From: a virus
Lineage: Duplodnaviria > Caudoviricetes
Length of the DNA stretch: 64,000 bases
Direction: 5' to 3' (one strand)
IMG/VR virus record: IMGVR_UViG_3300034073_003276
Position 1 is the first letter of the stretch. Each line of letters begins with the position of its first letter. Below the pieces are notes generated by a model. It had not been told where the DNA came from, did not search any database, and was given only the letters and a program-made list of their open reading frames with translations. A program made the position numbers and the translations under genes. Below are positions 9,441 to 18,250 of the stretch, in pieces.

Positions 9441-10101
9441 AAAAAACACTATACTTGTAAATATAATATTTTGATCTACCAGTCATTTTTACAGCATCTT
9501 TTATGCAATCATATACTACGCCATTATAGCATAGTTTTCTCGCTCTTGGATTTTTACCTCCCATTATATCTGAATTTTGAATACCCTTATTCCAAGGTTT
9601 TCTTCCCTTACAAGAATCACTTATTTTTTTCCTAACTTCTGGTCTTTTAGTTGGATTTTTATCTCCAACTAATTTTCCTCTTGCTCTTAAACCTTTTTCT
9701 ATATCTGACTGTCTTCTTTTTTCAGTAATAGTCTTTGGAGTTCCTCTATTTGCTTCTGCAATTTTTCTTTTATGAGATTCTGATAAAGGTTTTCCAAGTC
9801 TTGCTTTTCTTCTATTTTCAATATCCTTTTCAGTCATTATTTTTCCAGAACATCCATCCCCACCATTAGTTTTATTATGAAGAATTCCAGTTCCTAGATC
9901 TTTTCTGCCAAACACAGCAATCATATAGATTTCGTGATTAAATGCTTGTTCCTCTGTAAGATTTCTTTTTAAAAATAAAATTCTTTCCTTTGATGGTGGA
10001 TAAAAACTTCCGTGTTTTAAAAATGCTCTTCTACCCTTTCCCTTACCAATATAATAGGGTGTCCCATCTTCACGCAAATATGCGTAAGTATAATAGTCCA
10101 T
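9430..10101 (-). mobile_element. Free-standing GIY-YIG homing endonuclease (NUMOD3-type repeats)
   Basis: YYTYAYLRE...YYIGKG..RR; KPWNKG and SESHKRKIAEA repeats; N-terminus similar to 3989..4618. Confidence 0.85.
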
Positions 10102-10200
10102 CTGCTTCTAAATTAAGGTCGCAATAGTATTTATAATAAAATAGGGTGGATTTCTCCACCCTTCTCTAAAAGTGCGACCTTGTTAGAGCATTAGTATTTA
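10102..10200 (-). promoter_or_regulatory. Endonuclease leader with the same nested architecture as 3876-3988
   Basis: Minus strand: TAAATA (10200-10195), AAGGTCGCA (10181-10173), AGGGTGGA-GAAA-TCCACCCT (10162-10143), TATAAATA (10135-10128), TGCGACCTT (10123-10115). Confidence 0.75.
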
Positions 10201-10204
10201 GACA

Positions 10205-11137
10205 TCAATCATCAGATGCTAATTTTGCGAAATACGAAAGCGCATCATCGTCCTCATCTTCTTCTGCCGCAGGAGCAGCAGCGCGGCGAGTTGGTTTCAG
10301 ATTGCTGATTTCCTCACGAAGGTCATCAGTCAACTCACGGGAAGACCCACGAGTATATTCTTCCTCTTCACCTTCTTCGACATCAAGACGCACATTTGCT
10401 TTCGATCCAAGCACAGAATGAAGACGTGCTTTCAGTTCTTCATAAGTCTTGAATTGATCGGGAGAAACAAATTCAGCAAGAGAATACTGCTTCTTCCAGA
10501 TTGCTTCCAGAGCATCATCATCATCCAGCAAAGCACTCTGAGGAGCAAACTCACTGGAATCATAGTTACGATAACCAGCAACATTCTTTGCCTTCAGTTT
10601 GAAGTTGGCGCCTTGCCAGAAGTCAAACGGATCGATTGCTTCTTCATCTTCAAACTCAGGTTGCATTGCAGCAGTCAGTTTGTCAAAGATCTTCTTACCA
10701 TACTTGAAGAGGAAGACTTTACCTTCATTTTCAGGATTGGCAGGATCTTTTACCACATAGATGTTGGAAACATAAGTCAGTTTGCGCTTCTGCTTACGTG
10801 CAACCTCTTTACCAGCATCAGTGCCGTTATTCCAGAGACCAGAGTTGTGCTCACATACAGGGCACTTTTGATTCATAGTCGTCAGGCAGGTGTCAATCAA
10901 CCAACCACCAGGACCTTGGAATGCGTGACTATAAACCTTCACAAAAGGAATGTCTTCACCATCAGGGGCAGGCAGAAAACGGATTACGGCATATCCATTA
11001 CCGCTTTTATCTACGTCCATTTTCCACAGACGATCATCGGAAGGACTTCCAATAGTATTCATTTTTTCTACTTCTTTCACCAGTTTTGCGGTGAGAGAAC
11101 CAAGTTTAGATTGTTTTTTAAGGTCGGAAAAACCCAT
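10205..11137 (-). CDS. gp32: Single-stranded DNA-binding protein gp32
   Basis: GNGYAVIRFLP...CPVCE.N...YGKKIFDK...NYDSSEF; acidic tail. Confidence 0.95.
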   Translation of the reverse strand: MGFSDLKKQSKLGSLTAKLVKEVEKMNTIGSPSDDRLWKMDVDKSGNGYAVIRFLPAPDGEDIPFVKVYSHAFQGPGGWLIDTCLTTMNQKCPVCEHNSGLWNNGTDAGKEVARKQKRKLTYVSNIYVVKDPANPENEGKVFLFKYGKKIFDKLTAAMQPEFEDEEAIDPFDFWQGANFKLKAKNVAGYRNYDSSEFAPQSALLDDDDALEAIWKKQYSLAEFVSPDQFKTYEELKARLHSVLGSKANVRLDVEEGEEEEYTRGSSRELTDDLREEISNLKPTRRAAAPAAEEDEDDDALSYFAKLASDD

Positions 11138-11179
11138 TTGGATACCTCGGATAAATTGGATTCGGGGGATTACTCGGAT

Positions 11180-11208
11180 AGTATAACAGGGATTCCCTCA
11201 ACCGTCAA
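11180..11208 (-). promoter_or_regulatory. sigma70-type promoter for gp32
   Basis: TTGACG-N17-TATACT. Confidence 0.7.
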
Positions 11209-11530
11209 TGTATTGTTTGAGGGATTGGATAGTCTTGGTCATACTATTGAATAAGATTTGCATATCAGTCTCTGGTGGGAAACCCATCAGTGCGACTGAT
11301 TTGCGTAGGTTATCTTTCATCTCAACCGCTTTAGGGTCGTCTGAAAGGGACAACCTAGTATACATCACTCTTTGCTTTTCTAGCAAGGATTCAAGTTTTT
11401 CAATATGCTCCAGTTTGGTTTCACGGTCCATCATACCAAAAGTCAAAAGACTTCCGTAGATACTTTCTTGTAACTGATTGATTTCTTTCAGTTCATCTTG
11501 AATAATATCGGAGTCAAAAAAGTTACTCAT
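11198..11530 (-). CDS. Conserved cyanophage protein (DUF1825-like)
   Basis: FF.SD..Q.EL...LLEKQ.VMY.RL.LSDDP.A pattern. Confidence 0.55.
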   Translation of the reverse strand: MSNFFDSDIIQDELKEINQLQESIYGSLLTFGMMDRETKLEHIEKLESLLEKQRVMYTRLSLSDDPKAVEMKDNLRKSVALMGFPPETDMQILFNSMTKTIQSLKQYIDG

Positions 11531-12119
11531 TTATAATGTCCCGTAAAATTTTCTTAAACTGGAATATGTCAGTATTTATGAATGGAGTGTATTTTTTTAT
11601 TTTCAAACTTACGGTTTCCCACACAGGGTCGTCAAGTTTTTTATCAAAAGTTTTTGAGAAACCAAATATTTTTTCGTATATTGTTAAGGTTTCTAGCGAC
11701 AATTGCCCGCTTAGAAACTTTTTGAGGATGATTGGGTGTCCTTTGGAACAATTGAAAACATCCTCTAATTTGTTCTCCGAGAGCAATTCGTTGCTTTGCT
11801 CTTTGAATAAGTAAGTCAAACTCTGTTGTCTCCGCATCCATTCTGCGTATGTTCTTTCGCCAGAATTTATAATTTCTCCAATCCATAAGTTTTGTGGGTT
11901 GTCTGCAGATACAAAGTTTGATACAAGAAAATTTACGACTTCTTTGTCATCATACTTACGCGAAGTTTTTTCAAACCAGTATTTGTCCTTTCTTTTATTG
12001 AAAGAAGTTACACTGGCACGGGTCTTCGCACCGTATTTAAAGAAGTCGTATTTTGGATTTGTGAAATGATTTTTAAGTGACAAATAATGTTGATAAGTTT
12101 CAAAAGGAGTCACAATCAT
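11523..12119 (-). CDS. gp59: Helicase loader gp59-like
   Basis: Y.SLKNHF...YDFFKY...F.KRKDKY.FEK; position between gp33 and gp32. Confidence 0.7.
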   Translation of the reverse strand: MIVTPFETYQHYLSLKNHFTNPKYDFFKYGAKTRASVTSFNKRKDKYWFEKTSRKYDDKEVVNFLVSNFVSADNPQNLWIGEIINSGERTYAEWMRRQQSLTYLFKEQSNELLSENKLEDVFNCSKGHPIILKKFLSGQLSLETLTIYEKIFGFSKTFDKKLDDPVWETVSLKIKKYTPFINTDIFQFKKILRDIINE

Positions 12120-12376
12120 AGAGGCAGTTTTGCTCGGGAAGTTTTCTTCATAAAGTTAAGACGAATGGCATCCCATTTCAGTCTTTCTTTAAGTGGTTTT
12201 GAAATAAGTTTCGTTACTGAGTCTACTTCAAGATTATTGATTTCGCAATAATGACAAATAGCATCAATGTAATTCATATTCTCCACTGCCACAATGTTCT
12301 CTATTTCTAGAGCAAACTTAGAGGGCGTAAGAAACTTATTTTCTATGACTTGTTCTAATTCTTTATTGGGTTCCAT
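12116..12376 (-). CDS. gp33: Late transcription coactivator gp33
   Basis: KF...IE...YIDAI.HYCE.N.LE...V.KLISKPLKE.L; start trimmed to MEPNKE. Confidence 0.85.
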   Translation of the reverse strand: MEPNKELEQVIENKFLTPSKFALEIENIVAVENMNYIDAICHYCEINNLEVDSVTKLISKPLKERLKWDAIRLNFMKKTSRAKLPL

Positions 12377-13046
12377 ATGATTCCAATTTATCTCTAACAA
12401 ACTCTCTAATGTATTCGGTGAGTAGTTTGATGTATTTTGTTTTGTCTCTTTCTTCATAGACGACGCATTCTCCATTTTCGCAAGCCATAATAATTACAAG
12501 TTTTTTAACTGGAATACCAGTCAGTTCGTAAAGCATACAACCATATGCCATACATTGAACAAAATAGTGTTCGATCCACTCTCGTGGTTTTGGTTTTTTA
12601 GAAGTCTTAAAGTCTATGATTGACAATTCTCCATCAAACTCTGCTATACAGTCAACAGTGCCAGCAATGCCTAGTTGTTTACTGTAGAGTGACCCTTCAA
12701 GAGCATGAATATTATTTATACGATTGAGAGTTGACTTAGAAATCTTGAATAAGAAATCAGACAGAGGTTGAACTTCTGGAAGAGTCTCATTTTTTAAATG
12801 ATACTCAACAAGTGTGTGCATATCAGTGCCACGACTTGTTGCTTGTCGAGTAATCTTATCTGCTTCTTCTTCACCAACTTTTTTTCGCCAGTTAATAAAT
12901 ATCTGGCGATTTTTATGACTGGTGACAGAAGTGATAGAAACAAGTTTGATTAATTCATGATTATCAGGAACTTTATAGTATCTTACCCCATCAATTGTTT
13001 CTCTTTCGAGTTGGGGTAAATTCAAATCAATGTGATTAAATATCAA
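12363..13046 (-). CDS. PD-(D/E)XK exonuclease (Cas4-like phage exonuclease)
   Basis: SITSV...RGT..H...AGTVDCIAE...IIDFKTS. Confidence 0.85.
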   Translation of the reverse strand: MIFNHIDLNLPQLERETIDGVRYYKVPDNHELIKLVSITSVTSHKNRQIFINWRKKVGEEEADKITRQATSRGTDMHTLVEYHLKNETLPEVQPLSDFLFKISKSTLNRINNIHALEGSLYSKQLGIAGTVDCIAEFDGELSIIDFKTSKKPKPREWIEHYFVQCMAYGCMLYELTGIPVKKLVIIMACENGECVVYEERDKTKYIKLLTEYIREFVRDKLESYGTQ

Positions 13047-13795
13047 AAACCTGCCTCCATTTTTGCGGTGATGTATTCCTTGACAAGTCCAGAGCGAACA
13101 ATATCTTCTATACCAAATTCAATTATATCAAAGGAAGGCATTTTACGCAAGACTGACATAAAATCTACAATACCATTTCTTTCATTTGTCTTTTGTAAAT
13201 CAGACTGAGTGGCATCACCACAAAACATAATCTTAGTATTTTCACCAACGCGGGTGATAATAGAATCTAATTCATGGAAGTTTAGATTCTGAAACTCATC
13301 GACAATAATAATAGCGTTATCAAGAGTTGTACCACGAAGGAATGAAGTAGACCAAAACTTGATTGTTTCTTGTGACTTTAGATTTCCATAAAGCATTTCA
13401 AAATCAGCATCAGAAGGCATCTGGAACATATACTTTACCATATTCTTATAAGGAATTTGGTAAATGTCTGCCTTATCATCGTGACTTCCAGGCAAGAATC
13501 CAATTTCACGAGTAGCAACTAGTGAGCGGACAATATAAACTCTTTCGTATGGACTTCTTTCATTCAATACATCTTGAATAGCATTATAAAGTGTGATAAA
13601 CGTTTTACCAGTTCCAGCGCATCCATAGGCAACCAAGTGCTTTTGCTCTTTATAAGATTCAAATAACTTTCTTTGGTTGTCTGTAAGAGGTTCAATATCT
13701 ACAAGATATTCAGAACTCAGTGGTTTTTTGCGCTTCATTTGACGAGTAGTAAGACCAACCCCGATTGGTTGCTCTGCTCTTTTTCTTCTTGCCAT
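13043..13795 (-). CDS. phoH: PhoH family ATPase
   Basis: GCAGTGKT Walker A, RGTT, IIVDE.QN. Confidence 0.95.
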   Translation of the reverse strand: MARRKRAEQPIGVGLTTRQMKRKKPLSSEYLVDIEPLTDNQRKLFESYKEQKHLVAYGCAGTGKTFITLYNAIQDVLNERSPYERVYIVRSLVATREIGFLPGSHDDKADIYQIPYKNMVKYMFQMPSDADFEMLYGNLKSQETIKFWSTSFLRGTTLDNAIIIVDEFQNLNFHELDSIITRVGENTKIMFCGDATQSDLQKTNERNGIVDFMSVLRKMPSFDIIEFGIEDIVRSGLVKEYITAKMEAGF

Positions 13796-13801
13796 AGTTG
13801 G

Positions 13802-14050
13802 TTATAGTTTTTTTACAGTTGATCCAGGTGCTTTACTTGCTTTTTCTAAGACATCATTCCATCCAGGATTTTTACTTACAAGTTTATTCCTCCACTCACC
13901 AACTTCTCCTGGTTGAGGGCAAGTTGATGGGTCGGACCAATCACGAATCCAATCAGGATTATCAGTTTTCCACTGGTCCCAGTCGTGGATACTCATTTCC
14001 ACTTCTTTCTGTTCACCAGTTTTGGTATTGACTATCGGATATACAGGCAT
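13802..14050 (-). CDS. Conserved small cyanophage protein
   Basis: MPVYP...TGE.KE...W...NPDW...GW.DVL.K..K.PGS. Confidence 0.6.
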   Translation of the reverse strand: MPVYPIVNTKTGEQKEVEMSIHDWDQWKTDNPDWIRDWSDPSTCPQPGEVGEWRNKLVSKNPGWNDVLEKASKAPGSTVKKL

Positions 14051-14085
14051 AAAGTTACGAATTCAAGATAATTTATTTAGAGTCA

Positions 14086-14796
14086 TTATACCACATACTT
14101 CCAAACATATCCTTTATGTTTTTTCCTTTTATTTTGACAAACTAAAGTTATTTTGGAAGTTGAGGCGTTATTTTTTTCTGCGGCAATGGTCATACTATCA
14201 TAAACTTCAATTAAATTTCCATTAGTATCATATTTTCCTATTTTTTTAATTTTATGAGAGGTTCTTTTATATGAAGATATTTTTGATAGTGGTTGATTTT
14301 CAAAAGTTTTCCATTGAAACCCACCACAAGTTTGATATTCTCCTCTTATCACGGCACCAATGCCTTTACAATCTTTACCAAAAACATCATAAGAAGCATC
14401 TCTACAACTTTCATAAACATTGACTAGATTTCCATCCAAATCATAACAAGCAACTTTTTTAGAATTGCTTTGTTTAATTGCTTGTTTCCATCTATCCCCG
14501 TGCTTTTTATTGAGAAATCCACCACCGTCGCCTCCATTAGTCATATTATAATATGGTTTCAAAAGAGAGACATAATACATTTCTCTTTCATTTACTTTAT
14601 TTTCAAAACACTCTTCTATAATTTCAAATACAAAATTTTCAACACCATACTTTCTCATAGCATAATATAATTTTGTATTTCTTACTTTTGAATGAGATTT
14701 ATGCTGTCTCCATCTTACTTTTGGTCTTTTGGATTTACCAATATAAATCTGCTCATTAAGAATATTTGTTATTTTGTAAATGTAGTGTGAAACCAT
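14086..14796 (-). mobile_element. GIY-YIG homing endonuclease with two NUMOD1-like domains, downstream of thyX
   Basis: HYIYKITN...IYIGKS...RW.QH; two YD.DGNL...Y.S...G..WK repeats; TATAAATA upstream. Confidence 0.85.
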
Positions 14797-14832
14797 AATA
14801 CGATAGTTTTACTCTACCAATATTTATATAAA

Positions 14833-15585
14833 TTAGGGACTCAAACGAGCACGATGTAGTCTCTTTTCTTCATAATACTTCCAAACATTTGGAGACCACT
14901 TTTGAAGTTCTGGAGCAATTGCGTCACAAAGTGCTTGAATCTCAATTTGAGCATCAAGTTTAGAACGAAGGTCCATAAAGTGAAGAACAGAACGAAGGTT
15001 AAATGAAACTACAAAGTTTTGCCGAATTGCCTGAGGAAGATAATCACGAATATGCTCTTCACACATACCTTGCTCATAATACTCAGCATACTCCTCACAC
15101 TCACTCAGAATGCGCTCTAACTTGCGTTGTCGGTTCTCTTCGGTCCATTCATACTTCTTACCCTTACGATTGGTGTAGAATCCCTCAGGACGCACATAGA
15201 AGACATCTTCGACATCAAGTTCACGCTTAGCAACCTTTACAACTCTCTTTCCAGTATATCGTTGCGACTGAACATCCCAAGAAGTGCCAATTCGATGAGT
15301 TCTTGCCTGAACGATTACATTATGAACAAAACCAGATACCGAAAAAGTAATTCCGGGATGCTCTAATGGACCCCAGTGACCTCTTTCATTTGCGAGTAGT
15401 TGCTCTACAATCCACTCACCACATTCCTGAGGACTGGGGACCTTAACTTCGTGAATTGGTACTTCGGAATAATCACCTTTTCCTGCCTGCCAAATAACTT
15501 GTTCCGGAATCGGATAACATTGAAGTCTAACAACTTCAAGTCTTTTATCAAGTTCAAGAAGGTCTTTTGCTTTAATAGGTTTCAT
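14833..15585 (-). CDS. thyX: Flavin-dependent thymidylate synthase
   Basis: GHWGPLEH, RTHR...VQSQRY, NLRS..HF.DLR motifs. Confidence 0.9.
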   Translation of the reverse strand: MKPIKAKDLLELDKRLEVVRLQCYPIPEQVIWQAGKGDYSEVPIHEVKVPSPQECGEWIVEQLLANERGHWGPLEHPGITFSVSGFVHNVIVQARTHRIGTSWDVQSQRYTGKRVVKVAKRELDVEDVFYVRPEGFYTNRKGKKYEWTEENRQRKLERILSECEEYAEYYEQGMCEEHIRDYLPQAIRQNFVVSFNLRSVLHFMDLRSKLDAQIEIQALCDAIAPELQKWSPNVWKYYEEKRLHRARLSP

Positions 15586-15951
15586 TTCTTTCCAAATCCT
15601 TTTGATGTTTGTGCTTCTAACTCTTTAATTTGCTCTTTTACTGTACGAAGTTGTGCTTTCATTTCTTGAATTTTGTCATCAGTATAAAGATGATCTTGTT
15701 TGATTAATCTTTCAAGAAGTTTTACAAGTTGCTTTGCTCTTGATGTTTCAGTCATCTAAGTCAGAATCCTCAAATATTTCGTCGTAATCTAAGATTGGTC
15801 TTTTTCTCACATCTGGTTCTGTATATGAGTAAGCAGAAACATCAGAATACACTTCTGCTTTTAGAGAATCAACCAACAGTTCAAGATTACGGACGATGAG
15901 TTTTAGTTTGTCTTTGTCCATAAGATACCATTCTCTCTCAGAATTTTAGCA

Positions 15952-15981
15952 TAAAAAAAGGAGGGAATCAATCCCTCCTTT
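15952..15981 (-). terminator. Rho-independent terminator closing the micropeptide operon
   Basis: AAAGGAGGGA/TCCCTCCTTT inverted repeat followed by a T run on the minus strand. Confidence 0.75.
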
Positions 15982-15991
15982 GAATTTTTTT

Positions 15992-16075
15992 TTACTTAGA
16001 CAACCACTGAATATACAATGAAAGTAAAGTAATAAATGCGACAGACGCAACTGAAATTTGTGCGATGATTAGCAT
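15992..16075 (-). CDS. 27-aa hydrophobic micropeptide
   Basis: MLIIAQISVASVAFITLLSLYIQWLSK; TGATG coupling to the upstream ORF. Confidence 0.55.
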   Translation of the reverse strand: MLIIAQISVASVAFITLLSLYIQWLSK

Positions 16076-16170
16076 CACTTTGCTCCTGCGTTTGCTAGCA
16101 GTGCTTGGTGACGACGTTGCTCTTTTTGCTTTTGCTCTTTAATGAGTTGAAGCACATTGAGTTTTTTCAT
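16075..16170 (-). CDS. 31-aa basic, Gln-rich micropeptide
   Basis: MKKLNVLQLIKEQKQKEQRRHQALLANAGAK; GGAGG RBS and TGATG coupling. Confidence 0.65.
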   Translation of the reverse strand: MKKLNVLQLIKEQKQKEQRRHQALLANAGAK

Positions 16171-16307
16171 CACTTATGACCCTCCTTTACAAACTTAACA
16201 CCACGATAGGTTTCGTTGTATTGTTGGGGTTGTTGCATCATTTGCTGTTGATACTCAAGACGCTTTTGAGTATCATACTCTACGCCTCTGTATACGACTT
16301 TAGACAT
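16170..16307 (-). CDS. DUF4278-like small protein (45 aa)
   Basis: MSKVVYRGVEYD...ETYRGVKFVK with two YRGV motifs; AAGGAG RBS. Confidence 0.75.
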   Translation of the reverse strand: MSKVVYRGVEYDTQKRLEYQQQMMQQPQQYNETYRGVKFVKEGHK

Positions 16308-16339
16308 TAGGTTTTCTCCTTAGTTTTTAAGTTAAAGAG

Positions 16340-16436
16340 CGTTCCTTCAGTCGGCGTTTGCGTCCGCTATTTGAGAATAGCGAATGAACGTTCCGTTCCG
16401 CGTCGGCTTACTTCCGTCTGGTTTTCCAGATGAACG
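16340..16436 (-). ncRNA. Tandem glutamine-riboswitch-like aptamers (glnA/Downstream-peptide family)
   Basis: Two CGTTCA-hairpin-...-GGAACG units containing CGGAAGTAAG and GAAGGAACG; starts about 1 nt after the predicted TSS. Confidence 0.7.
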
Positions 16437-16443
16437 TAAGGTC

Positions 16444-16496
16444 ATTATAGACCCTTTCATCGTATATATCAATCTTATTTTGTAACTTTTGTTACA
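16444..16496 (-). promoter_or_regulatory. sigma70 promoter with upstream NtcA-type palindrome
   Basis: TTGATA-N17-TATAAT (16472-16444); TGTAACAAAAGTTACA = GTA-N8-TAC at 16481-16496. Confidence 0.7.
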
Positions 16497-16556
16497 ATTT
16501 TTAAAAATCTTAATAGTCAAAAAAATTGCCGGGATTTTTTCCCAGCATTTTTGAAA

Positions 16557-16910
16557 TCACTTTCGCTTTTTCTTTTGAGGTTTTTGATACCCCCATAACT
16601 TAGGATTAACTCTACCATACCCAAAGTCAATACTCTTTAGATTTTCACGAAACTTATCCCAATACATATCAAATAATTTAATTCTTCCACCACGAGTCAA
16701 GTCAAAACAAATCTTATCGTCAATCATATACTTGATAATATAAGCATCATTTGGAGCATCCTTAGTGCATACTTCAGCATAAGATCCATCCTGAATTAAA
16801 ATTTCACAACCATAACGTGCTTTACAGGTTTCTTTTTCTGCTGGTGTCCAAGAGTCCATATGCTTTTCTGTACTTTGTGCTCTTTCAATTACATCACGAA
16901 GTCTGCTCAC
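16557..16910 (-). CDS. Conserved cyanophage hypothetical protein
   Basis: LFD.YWDK...IDFGYG..NPKLWGY; probable GTG start overlapping the upstream stop. Confidence 0.55.
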   Translation of the reverse strand: MSRLRDVIERAQSTEKHMDSWTPAEKETCKARYGCEILIQDGSYAEVCTKDAPNDAYIIKYMIDDKICFDLTRGGRIKLFDMYWDKFRENLKSIDFGYGRVNPKLWGYQKPQKKKRK

Positions 16911-17512
16911 GAACGTCCTCCCCAATGAATATCAGGATATGCTTCTGAAACAATTTGTTTTGTAATCTTATACTTAGTTTGAAGTTTTTTATCCTTTATG
17001 AGACAAACAATTTCTGCTTCAAGTGGATGAAGACCCTGAAGAAGATTGATAAACATAGTTTCTCTACGAATAGAACTTAGTCCATCATTTCCACCCTTAA
17101 TAAAGTTATAAAATTTTTGATACTCTTTGCGAATAGAAGAACGTCCCTGATCTTGAGATCCTAAAGAATTAGATCCAATTTCACCCATTTTCTCAACAGC
17201 GTCGGATATTTTTTCACTCAATGTTCCTTTAAATGAATCCATTTCATTTACCGCAGCGTACGGAACATCGCCAGGAGGAAGAATTGAAATTACACTTTCA
17301 TCAAAATTCCAAATAAAAATTGCTTTTAAAGAAGGATGCTCATACTTTCTGAGCACTTCAATTTTTTTAGAATTGGTTCTTTGCTTTGCAATCAAATTTA
17401 AAATTTCAAAGACAAAAGGATTTGCAGGAAGATCTTGGATTGGAGCAGCTGCTACTTTTGGTTTTGAAACTGATTTTTTAGTGGTCGTTTTTGATTTTGT
17501 TGTCGTTGTCAT
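16907..17512 (-). CDS. Conserved T4-like protein (DUF6433-like)
   Basis: NFDESV...LP.G.VPY...RRETMFI.LL.GLHP.EAE. Confidence 0.6.
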   Translation of the reverse strand: MTTTTKSKTTTKKSVSKPKVAAAPIQDLPANPFVFEILNLIAKQRTNSKKIEVLRKYEHPSLKAIFIWNFDESVISILPPGDVPYAAVNEMDSFKGTLSEKISDAVEKMGEIGSNSLGSQDQGRSSIRKEYQKFYNFIKGGNDGLSSIRRETMFINLLQGLHPLEAEIVCLIKDKKLQTKYKITKQIVSEAYPDIHWGGRS

Positions 17513-17559
17513 AATTCTACAAAATGTTGAATACTGTTAGTGATATTTATTGTCTATTA

Positions 17560-17805
17560 CTATTCTTCTTCTATATCTTCCATTTCAAAGTCATCATCAA
17601 AATATCCTTGCTCAAATCTTACAGATACAATTTCTTCATCAATTAGGTCACCATCTTTATTATAAAATTCTGGATGATATGCGATTTGCTTTGGTCCTTC
17701 TTGATGAGTCATCATGTATTCTCTTGCAACCCAACCTATAGCAAGTCCCACTATAAGAAACAATATGGTTAGAAAGGAACCTAAAACTAAACTAACTGCT
17801 AACAT
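17560..17805 (-). CDS. Small membrane protein conserved in cyanophages
   Basis: N-terminal TM helix, HPEFY..DG motif, acidic tail. Confidence 0.55.
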   Translation of the reverse strand: MLAVSLVLGSFLTILFLIVGLAIGWVAREYMMTHQEGPKQIAYHPEFYNKDGDLIDEEIVSVRFEQGYFDDDFEMEDIEEE

Positions 17806-18007
17806 TTCTTTTTCTCCGGGAAACTACTTTTTTCTTCCTTGACTTTAAGGAAAATTCAAAATAGATAGTTACTTCCCGATTCAGAAAGCAAACTATCTTC
17901 TCAAAAATGAGATGGAATGGTTGAGTCTGCTTTCGTTTACCTCCATTAAGAATAAAATCAACGCCACGATTTCTGTGGTCTGAGTTATTTATGTTAGTAT
18001 CAGACAA
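17792..18007 (-). CDS. Hypothetical protein
   Basis: Co-oriented ORF with overlapping start/stop. Confidence 0.45.
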   Translation of the reverse strand: MSDTNINNSDHRNRGVDFILNGGKRKQTQPFHLIFEKIVCFLNREVTIYFEFSLKSRKKKVVSRRKRNVSS

Positions 18008-18236
18008 TTTGTTTTTCTTTCAAATATTTGACAGTATCACTACAACCACCAAGTTTTTTATCATCACAGATGACTTGAGGGAATGTGGACCCTTCACCAA
18101 ACTCAGAATAAAATTCATCTTTGGTGAAGTGTTCATCCAGATTATACACGACAAAGTTGCTTCCTGTCAACTCTAATACTTGTTTAACCTTATAACAATA
18201 AGGACAATTTTCTTTTGAATATACAGTAAAGTTCAT
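18000..18236 (-). CDS. Glutaredoxin (NrdC-like)
   Basis: CPYC active site, TFPQV, LGG. Confidence 0.9.
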   Translation of the reverse strand: MNFTVYSKENCPYCYKVKQVLELTGSNFVVYNLDEHFTKDEFYSEFGEGSTFPQVICDDKKLGGCSDTVKYLKEKQIV

Positions 18237-18250
18237 AAGTTAAAAATTAA

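Noticed and set aside
10418-11254. 278-aa plus-strand ORF
   Set aside because: Antisense shadow of gp32 with no recognisable motifs
12363-13046. CRISPR-associated Cas4
   Set aside because: Stand-alone exonuclease in its usual phoH-gp33 context with no array or other cas genes
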